Assembly: GCA_963666835.2 (NCBI GenBank)
Contig: CAXXGO010000006.1
Coordinates: 2,592,001-2,656,000 of the forward strand
From: Phycisphaerae bacterium
GTDB lineage: Bacteria; Planctomycetota; Phycisphaerae; UBA1845
Direction of reading: 5' to 3'
Length of the DNA stretch: 64,000 nucleotides
Numbering within the stretch: the stretch's first letter is position 1; every line of letters starts with the position of its first letter. A model generated the notes under the pieces. It made no database searches. It saw only the letters and a program-made list of their open reading frames with translations, and was not told the origin of the DNA. A program made the position numbers and the translations under genes. Positions 57,342 through 64,000 of this stretch are shown in pieces.

Positions 57342-58046
57342 TTGAGCGACCCCGAGCTAGTAGCCTGCGCGGCGAAGGCCGTAGGTCATGTGTTTACCGA
57401 CCACGGTCTTCTCCGGACGTCATTGACGCACGCGTCGGTGGCGGATTCACGCCTGGAGAGCAATGAGCGCCTCGAGTTCCTGGGAGATTCGGTTCTCGGG
57501 CTTGTGGTGTGCGAAGAGCTCTATCACCGATTCGGCGAGTGGCTGGAAGGCGATCTGACCAAGGTGAAGTCCGTGGTGGTGTCGCGACGGCTCTGCGCGC
57601 AGATTGCCGACGAGGTCGGTCTGACGAACTTGTTGATTCTGGGCAACGGGATTGAGAGCCGTAGCCAATTGCCGACGTCGGTCAAGGCAGCCGTCTTCGA
57701 GGCGATGGTCGGAGCGCTGCTGGTGGACGGTGGGATCGAGTGTGCCAAGCGGTTCGTGCTGGAAGCGGTGTCGAGTCATATCGACGCGTACGCTACGTCC
57801 AATACGCACGACAACTACAAATCAGTGCTGCAACAGCACGCCCAGCGGCACATGTCCGCAACGCCCCAATATGAGACCCTGGACGAGCAGGGTCCGGATC
57901 ACAGCAAGTGCTTCGAGGTTTGCGTGTCGATCAACGGGGAGCGTTTTCCCAGCGCCTGGGGGCCCAGCAAGAAAGAGGCGGAGCAGGAGGCGGCGAAACG
58001 AGCGCTCGGCAAGCTCGGGGTCCTGCCCCAGGACCGCGCCGAGTAG
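57342..58046 (+). CDS. rnc: Ribonuclease III
   Basis: NERLEFLGDSVLG plus a dsRBD (NYKSVLQ...KKEAEQEAA). Confidence 0.96.
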   Translation: MSDPELVACAAKAVGHVFTDHGLLRTSLTHASVADSRLESNERLEFLGDSVLGLVVCEELYHRFGEWLEGDLTKVKSVVVSRRLCAQIADEVGLTNLLILGNGIESRSQLPTSVKAAVFEAMVGALLVDGGIECAKRFVLEAVSSHIDAYATSNTHDNYKSVLQQHAQRHMSATPQYETLDEQGPDHSKCFEVCVSINGERFPSAWGPSKKEAEQEAAKRALGKLGVLPQDRAE

Positions 58047-58263
58047 GCCGGGGGGAAGGGGCGCCCGGTACTTCGGCAGGGCGTTTCTGCGGTGATTCGC
58101 GGCGGTTTTGCAGGACCCTTCCGGATCGCGACCACGCTAAGTGACTCGTATTCGTCACTACTTAAGCACCCGGTTCGGTTGTCCGACAGAATCTTCGTGG
58201 AGATGAGGTCCCAAGTGCCGGATCCGGCACCCTTGCAGCACTCCCCGCTGGGAAACCGAATCG

Positions 58264-59526
58264 ATGAGACGGCCGCGAATTCAGGTGCTCTTGGATGACG
58301 CGGTACTGACACCCGACATGCACGGGGCTCTCGAGCAAATCGGAGCTCAGGTGGATTGTCTTTCTCTGCCGATCGGCACCTTTGCACCGCTCGATTCCCC
58401 GCACGACGCGCGGCTTGTGGTCACCAGCCAGGGTTATTCAGGGGTTCGCGCGAAACTGGCCGGCTTGGACGAGTGGCTCGAACATCAAGCCTGCGCGACT
58501 TTGGTGCTGGCCGAGCAACCGGGCGGCGGCGAGATGCCCGGCGAGGAACCGGCGGAGTATTGGACCGTCGAGTACGCGTCGAATCTCTCGCGCGACGATT
58601 TGGCCGGACGGCTGGCGGCGATGTGTGCGTTACGCGGTCCGATGGACCGGATGCGCCGCGAACTGGAGTTGCTCAGAAGTCGCGATGCCGAATCGCGCAG
58701 GAGTCTGCGGCGGGTGGGGAATGAGCTGAAGCTCGCGGCGGCGATCCAGCATGATCTTCTTCCGTCGTCGATCCCGTCCGGCGAGGATCTGGAGATTCGG
58801 GTGCTATATAAACCAGCAGACGTCGTCAGCGGGGATATGTACGACCTGAAACGCCTGGACGATACGCTGCTGGCGATTTCCCTGGCCGATGCGTCCGGGC
58901 ACGGGTTGGCGGCCGGGATGCTCTCGGCTTTCGCCAAGCGGTCCTTCGACGGTTGCGAGACTGTAAACGGGATTAACCGCCTGTTGGAACCGAACGATCT
59001 GCTCAAGCGGCTGAATCGCGAGCTGCTCAATACGCGTTTTCGCGAGTGCCAGTTTGTGGCGGCGTTGTACGCAATCTATGACGAGTCGACGCGTGTTGTC
59101 CGTTGGGCGCGCGGGGGAGTGCCGTATCCAATCCTTGTGCGGGACGGTGCTGCGCCGCGGCGAATCGCCAGCGACGGGCCCGTCGTTGGGGCATGTCCAG
59201 GTGCCGAGTTCGAAGTGGTTGAGCTGCGACTGGACCCGGGTGACACGCTCGTTTTCCATACGGACGGTCTTGATGCGTTGATGCTTGATGGGCGGCGTGA
59301 TCTGGGCTGCGACGAACTCGACCGGACGGAGTGGTTTATGGGGCTCGCTGACTTAGCCCTCGAGCAGAGCCTTAAGGAAGTGGAAAGCCGCCTGTCCTCG
59401 CGTAATCGCGAAGCCGGGGAAGTGGACGACACGACAATTGTCGCCCTTCACGTGCCCGCCGAAGTTCCGTCCTTCCTCCGAGGCGAAGACATGCGGCCGG
59501 GGCTACTGTGCTCGGCGGCCGGCTAA
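58264..59526 (+). CDS. SpoIIE/RsbU-type PP2C phosphatase
   Basis: SGDMYD, ADASGHG, HTDGL and DDTT. Confidence 0.9.
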   Translation: MRRPRIQVLLDDAVLTPDMHGALEQIGAQVDCLSLPIGTFAPLDSPHDARLVVTSQGYSGVRAKLAGLDEWLEHQACATLVLAEQPGGGEMPGEEPAEYWTVEYASNLSRDDLAGRLAAMCALRGPMDRMRRELELLRSRDAESRRSLRRVGNELKLAAAIQHDLLPSSIPSGEDLEIRVLYKPADVVSGDMYDLKRLDDTLLAISLADASGHGLAAGMLSAFAKRSFDGCETVNGINRLLEPNDLLKRLNRELLNTRFRECQFVAALYAIYDESTRVVRWARGGVPYPILVRDGAAPRRIASDGPVVGACPGAEFEVVELRLDPGDTLVFHTDGLDALMLDGRRDLGCDELDRTEWFMGLADLALEQSLKEVESRLSSRNREAGEVDDTTIVALHVPAEVPSFLRGEDMRPGLLCSAAG

Positions 59527-59530
59527 GCCG

Positions 59531-60265
59531 TCACGAAGCTGTATCCGATCCGTGACGTTTCTCCCATCTTTCTTCCGCTTCTGGTGGTCTTATGTAAAGC
59601 GGAGCTAACTCGCGTGGCGGGGTGGTTTGCCCGGCTTCTGCGCGGGCGTGCCCGAGCCGGTACGCCACTTCCGCGCGAGGATGAGCCAGAGACTCAGGTA
59701 ATACCCGCAGTCCTATTTCTTCGACGACTTCCCGGTGGCAAAGCACGCCCTGGCCCATGACGGCGCAATCGGCAGGCTGTCCGCCCAGAAATGCCGCGGG
59801 ATCGGTTTCGCAAGCCGCGGCAAGCGGTTTGTAGGAGTTGCCGCACAATTCAAAGGTCGCGGCGTAGACTCGCCGGCGTTTCGCATCCAGGATCACAGCC
59901 ACCTGCGGCGGAGGATCTTCCAGAGTTGCGGCGTTCTGGGCAATGACCTCCAGGGACGGGACGCCGACGACGGAAGCACCGTTGGCGAGTCCGAGAATCC
60001 TGGCGGCTGTGATGCCGATGCGAAGTCCGGTGAAGCTCCCCGGCCCGATTGAGACGAAGACTCTGCGAACCTCGCCGGGGCTCACGGCGCTCTCCCGGCA
60101 GGTTGCATCGATGGTGGGCAGGAAGTCGGTGGCGTGCCTGCGGGGCCCGCTGAACGGGCGGGTTGCGATGACGGTTCGCCCGCGGCCGAGTGCGATACTG
60201 CCGTGGAGGCTCGAGGTTTCGAACGCGAGGGCATACGGCAAGTCGCTTCGTTGGCTATCGTCCAT
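59531..60265 (-). CDS. tsaB: tRNA threonylcarbamoyladenosine biosynthesis protein TsaB
   Basis: LAFETSS, GPGSFTGLRIG, DAKRRRVY and PLYIR. Confidence 0.93.
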   Translation of the reverse strand: MDDSQRSDLPYALAFETSSLHGSIALGRGRTVIATRPFSGPRRHATDFLPTIDATCRESAVSPGEVRRVFVSIGPGSFTGLRIGITAARILGLANGASVVGVPSLEVIAQNAATLEDPPPQVAVILDAKRRRVYAATFELCGNSYKPLAAACETDPAAFLGGQPADCAVMGQGVLCHREVVEEIGLRVLPESLAHPRAEVAYRLGHARAEAGQTTPPRELAPLYIRPPEAEERWEKRHGSDTAS

Positions 60266-60501
60266 GGTGGGGCGATGATACAAGTTTTCACACGCGCGAG
60301 CACGTCGCCCGACCCTGCCCGGCGAATTCACTCCTGCAGCCCTTGATGGCGTCCACCGGGGATTGACGGGCAGTGAGTCCGGCCATAGAGTCGGTATCGC
60401 GTGTGGGCGCTTTTTCGGGGAGGGCGATTCCGGTGAGTCGTCCCATCCCGGGCGGTCAATCGTCGGTTCGTGCGGATGGATAGCTATTACAGGTAGCCAG
60501 T

Positions 60502-61326
60502 GTGTTTGCGGTCATTTCGGATATTCATGCGAATCTCGAGGCTCTCGAAGCCGTCTTTGAGGACGTGGACCGCCGGTCCGTTAAGCAGGTTTACTGCTTG
60601 GGAGACATCGTCGGCTACGGTGCGAGTCCTGCCCAGTGTTTGGATCTGATTATCGATCGATGTGAGGCGGCGCTTTGCGGTAACCACGACCAGGCGGTTT
60701 TTTTCGAACCGACCAACTTCAATGTGGGGGCGGAGCGAGCGTCCTATTGGACGCGGCAGGTCTTCGAGGACGAACCGAACAAGGCGAAGCGGGATCGGCG
60801 ATGGGAGACTCTGGGCAAGCTGCCCATCTTCTACGAAGCCAAGGGCCTGCTCATGGTCCACGCATCGCCCCGCCGGCCGGTGAACGAGTATCTTTTCCCG
60901 GAAGACGTCTACACGAGCCCCAGCAAGATTATGGAGAATTTCCGGCGGCTGGATACGCACCAGATGGCCTGCCTGGTGGGCCACACGCACGTGCCGGGCG
61001 TTTTCCTTGATGATCCTTGCTTCGATCCGCCGGATGAACTGCCGGAGATGAACATCTACTCGATCACGCCGGATGAGAAGGCAATCATCAACGTCGGCAG
61101 TGTAGGCCAGCCGCGCGATCGGGATCCTCGGCTGTGCTATGTGGTGGTTTACGAGAAGGGTGAGGCGCCGGAAGGATACGATCCTCCGGAGGTCGAGGAG
61201 GACGAGTACTGCACCACACTCGAGTTCGTCCGGCTGGAGTACGATGTTGAGAAGGCCGCCCGCAAGATCCTCGACATCCCGGAGCTGGACGATTTCTTGG
61301 GAACCCGGTTATACGAGGGACGGTAG
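60502..61326 (+). CDS. Metallophosphoesterase family protein
   Basis: SDIHAN, LGDIVGYG, GNHD, GHTH and NVGSVGQPRD. Confidence 0.92.
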   Translation: MFAVISDIHANLEALEAVFEDVDRRSVKQVYCLGDIVGYGASPAQCLDLIIDRCEAALCGNHDQAVFFEPTNFNVGAERASYWTRQVFEDEPNKAKRDRRWETLGKLPIFYEAKGLLMVHASPRRPVNEYLFPEDVYTSPSKIMENFRRLDTHQMACLVGHTHVPGVFLDDPCFDPPDELPEMNIYSITPDEKAIINVGSVGQPRDRDPRLCYVVVYEKGEAPEGYDPPEVEEDEYCTTLEFVRLEYDVEKAARKILDIPELDDFLGTRLYEGR

Positions 61327-61423
61327 CACAACACCGCCCCGGCCGCGCATCCTCAACAGGCTGACCGCTGCCGCTGTTGCGGCGCGACCGCGCGAGTGAA
61401 TCTCTAAATACAACGAAAGACAG

Positions 61424-63544
61424 ATGGATAAATCGGATACGCCCCGCAATCTGCTTCTTGCCATGGCCATCTTCTTTACGGTGCTGTGGATCGGTCCGCG
61501 TCTGCTTCCGGTGCCCTCGCCGACGCCGCCCAGCACCGGTGAGACGGTTACGGGGGCACAGCCCGTACCGCAAACTGCGCCTGTGGCTGCCGGAGCGCCG
61601 GCCGTTACCTCAATGGAGACGCCGCACAGGCCTGCGGATTCGCCGCCGGATAGCTCCGCCTACACTCTGGTGGAAGCGGACACCGCCCAGACGTTTGCGA
61701 TGGGATCCGCCGAGGCCAATGGCGTTGATGCTCATTACGCCGAGAGCCCGTTCCGAATGCGCCTGACGGTGTCCAACATTGGTGCTTCGGTGGAGTCGGC
61801 GACCATGACCGACCACGCGGAGGCCCCCGGGGAGGCTGCGCGATACCAACTTCTGGCTCCGGTGGTGGCAGGTGATGGCACGCAATACCGGTCACTGGCC
61901 ATCGAGAAGATCAGGGTCGACGAGACGGATCTGTTGCTCCATGACAAGAAGTGGCACTCCGATGGGGTCAGGCCGTGCAAGACCGCATCCGGGGAAGAGG
62001 CGGAGTGTCTCGAGTTCTGGATAGAGGCGCAGTGGGAAGGTGAACCTCTGGTCAAGATCGTCCGCAGCTATACGCTGCCGACGCTGACCGTAGATTCCGG
62101 CCGCGAGGATCTGTATGCCGAGACCCGGGTGGAGAGTCTTGCGGATCGTGACGTGAAGGTGTTGCTGACCTACCGCGGAGGCGTGGGGGTGAAGCGAAGT
62201 CCGAGCGCCAGGATGTTGGACGAATACGTGGACTGGGGTATCTCGGCGGACGGACGGGTCGTCGGTCACCGCGAACAGTTCGCCAATGTCGCCAAGAAGG
62301 CTGCCACGGGGCGCAGACTGTATCCTGAGCCTGGTGAGCCGGGTGCGTTGCTCTCCTGGGCGGCGACGGCCAATACCTACTTTACATGCACATTGGCGCC
62401 ATTGAACGCGGACGGTTCGGACAACGCCAAGTACTTAGCGGCCGTGGATGCGGTTGATCTCGATGGCTCATCCGACACCACGGACGATGCCACCGTGCGT
62501 TTTGTCGCGGGAGGAATGGATGTCAAGCAGGGGGCATCGCTTCGTTTTCCGGTAGCGATCTACCTGGGCCAGAAGAACGGCGATGCGTTTCGAACCGATC
62601 CGGAATACTCCCGGCGCAACTATTACTACCAGATCTCGCAGGGATTCGGGATATGTACGTTCACCTTCCTGGTCGAACTGATGATCTGGCTATTGAACAG
62701 CCTGTTCTTCGTCGTACGCGACTTCGGCGTGGCTATTGTCATTCTCGTGATGGTGGTCCGCTTCCTGCTCCACCCGATTACGAAGAAGGGCCAGGTCAAT
62801 ATGGTCCGGATGCAGCACCGGATGCAGGAGCTGGCTCCGAAGATTGAGGAGGTCAAGAAGAAGTACGCCAACGACAAGGCCCGGATGAACCAGGAGATGA
62901 TGAAACTGAACATCAACCCGGCCGGCCAGCTCTTCACCTGCCTGCCGATGATGATTCAGATGCCGATCTGGATTGCGCTGTACCTGAGCCTGAGCAACAA
63001 CATCCTGATGAGGCACGAGGCGTGCGTGTTCCTACCGTGGATTCACGATCTCACGGCGCCGGACGCCTTGTATGTGTTTTCCGCGCCGATTGTGGTGCCG
63101 TTGTTTGGCTGGGTACTGCCCTCATTCAACTTACTGCCGATCTTCGTAGCCGTGTTCATGTACACCCAGCAGAAACTGCAGCCCAAACCCACTCCGAACC
63201 CCAACGCTACCGAACAGCAGCGGCAGCAACAGGAGATGATGCAGAAGATGATGCCGATGATGAGCATTATGATGCTCATCATCTTCTATAAGATGCCTGC
63301 GGGCCTTAACCTGTACATCATGTGCAGCTCGTTGTTCGGGACGATCGAGCAGAAACGGATCCGCCAGCATATCAAGGAGCGCGAGGCCGCCGGGACCTTG
63401 CATAAGAAGGACCCGCCGGACGGGCTGGCGGCAAAGCCTAAGAAGCCGGGCCGACTGGCGATGTATGTAGAACGTCTCCAGAAGGCTGCGGAAGAGGCTA
63501 AGAAGATGCCGACGCAGCGGCCGGGCAAGCGCCCGCGCCGGTGA
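61424..63544 (+). CDS. yidC: Membrane protein insertase YidC
   Basis: N-terminal TM, periplasmic domain, FGVAIVILV..VR, CLPMMIQMPIW, WIHDLTAPD and PAGLNLY. Confidence 0.95.
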   Translation: MDKSDTPRNLLLAMAIFFTVLWIGPRLLPVPSPTPPSTGETVTGAQPVPQTAPVAAGAPAVTSMETPHRPADSPPDSSAYTLVEADTAQTFAMGSAEANGVDAHYAESPFRMRLTVSNIGASVESATMTDHAEAPGEAARYQLLAPVVAGDGTQYRSLAIEKIRVDETDLLLHDKKWHSDGVRPCKTASGEEAECLEFWIEAQWEGEPLVKIVRSYTLPTLTVDSGREDLYAETRVESLADRDVKVLLTYRGGVGVKRSPSARMLDEYVDWGISADGRVVGHREQFANVAKKAATGRRLYPEPGEPGALLSWAATANTYFTCTLAPLNADGSDNAKYLAAVDAVDLDGSSDTTDDATVRFVAGGMDVKQGASLRFPVAIYLGQKNGDAFRTDPEYSRRNYYYQISQGFGICTFTFLVELMIWLLNSLFFVVRDFGVAIVILVMVVRFLLHPITKKGQVNMVRMQHRMQELAPKIEEVKKKYANDKARMNQEMMKLNINPAGQLFTCLPMMIQMPIWIALYLSLSNNILMRHEACVFLPWIHDLTAPDALYVFSAPIVVPLFGWVLPSFNLLPIFVAVFMYTQQKLQPKPTPNPNATEQQRQQQEMMQKMMPMMSIMMLIIFYKMPAGLNLYIMCSSLFGTIEQKRIRQHIKEREAAGTLHKKDPPDGLAAKPKKPGRLAMYVERLQKAAEEAKKMPTQRPGKRPRR

Positions 63545-63587
63545 TGGGATGAGGATTACCTCCGGCGGACCGCGACGATTCTCTGCG

Positions 63588-64000
63588 TTATTCGTCGGCG
63601 TTTGGATTCGAATCCGGTGCGCTGTCGGCCTTTTTTCTGAAGTTGCGGTGCCACCATCTGTCATAGTTGCGCACGGCGTCGGCGAAATCGTGGGCCGCAT
63701 CTTCGGGTTCGCCGGTGACGGAATCTACTCTCTTATAGTAGCGTTCACGGTCCCGGCGGCCGACGACGACCTCTACATCCAGAGTCTGGTCTTTGCGCAA
63801 GACGGTCAGGGTCATTTTCGTGCCGGGGGGTTTCTGCCGGACTGATTCACCGAACTCGCGTGACGTCTCTTGCCGATTGGGCAGGCGTTCTATTGGTTGG
63901 CCGTCCCGGGCGATAACGACGTCGGATTCGCGCAAGCCGGCGCGCTTAGCAGCGGTGTCGCTGAATACTCTTGATATTCGTATGCCGACATGTCCTTCCA
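63588..64000 (-). CDS. PDZ-domain protein, C-terminal part; truncated at the window edge
   Basis: Frame is open to the window end: GHVGIRISRVFSDTAAKRAGLRESDVVIARDG...LTVLR. Confidence 0.7.
   Translation of the reverse strand, partial: EGHVGIRISRVFSDTAAKRAGLRESDVVIARDGQPIERLPNRQETSREFGESVRQKPPGTKMTLTVLRKDQTLDVEVVVGRRDRERYYKRVDSVTGEPEDAAHDFADAVRNYDRWWHRNFRKKADSAPDSNPNADE

Overview
A GC-rich bacterial chromosome segment, most likely Planctomycetota class Phycisphaerae. This assignment is inferred from the L34 sequence style, the expanded CxxCGYxLxGL...CPECG zinc-ribbon family and dockerin-like C-termini on secreted proteins. Housekeeping blocks (pdxJ, dapA, larE, priA, queG, tRNA-Ala, trpC, sigma70, rpsA, rpmH, rnc, tsaB, yidC) alternate with three accessory regions: (i) a secreted-protein island at about 16.9-27.7 kb, including a C10 peptidase homolog that lacks its catalytic Cys; (ii) an EPS/O-antigen locus at about 37-48 kb; (iii) a 7 kb array at about 29.9-36.9 kb of small co-oriented genes, each separated by a REP-like hairpin module that carries a promoter-like motif. 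A group II intron sits inside one of these modules. Its predicted EBS1/EBS2 are complementary to the 3' arm of the REP hairpin at the insertion point, which suggests a REP-targeting intron in a cassette-like array that has no integrase or RAYT in the window. Smaller oddities are a sigma factor with an apparent ATC start and a frameshifted clpS.
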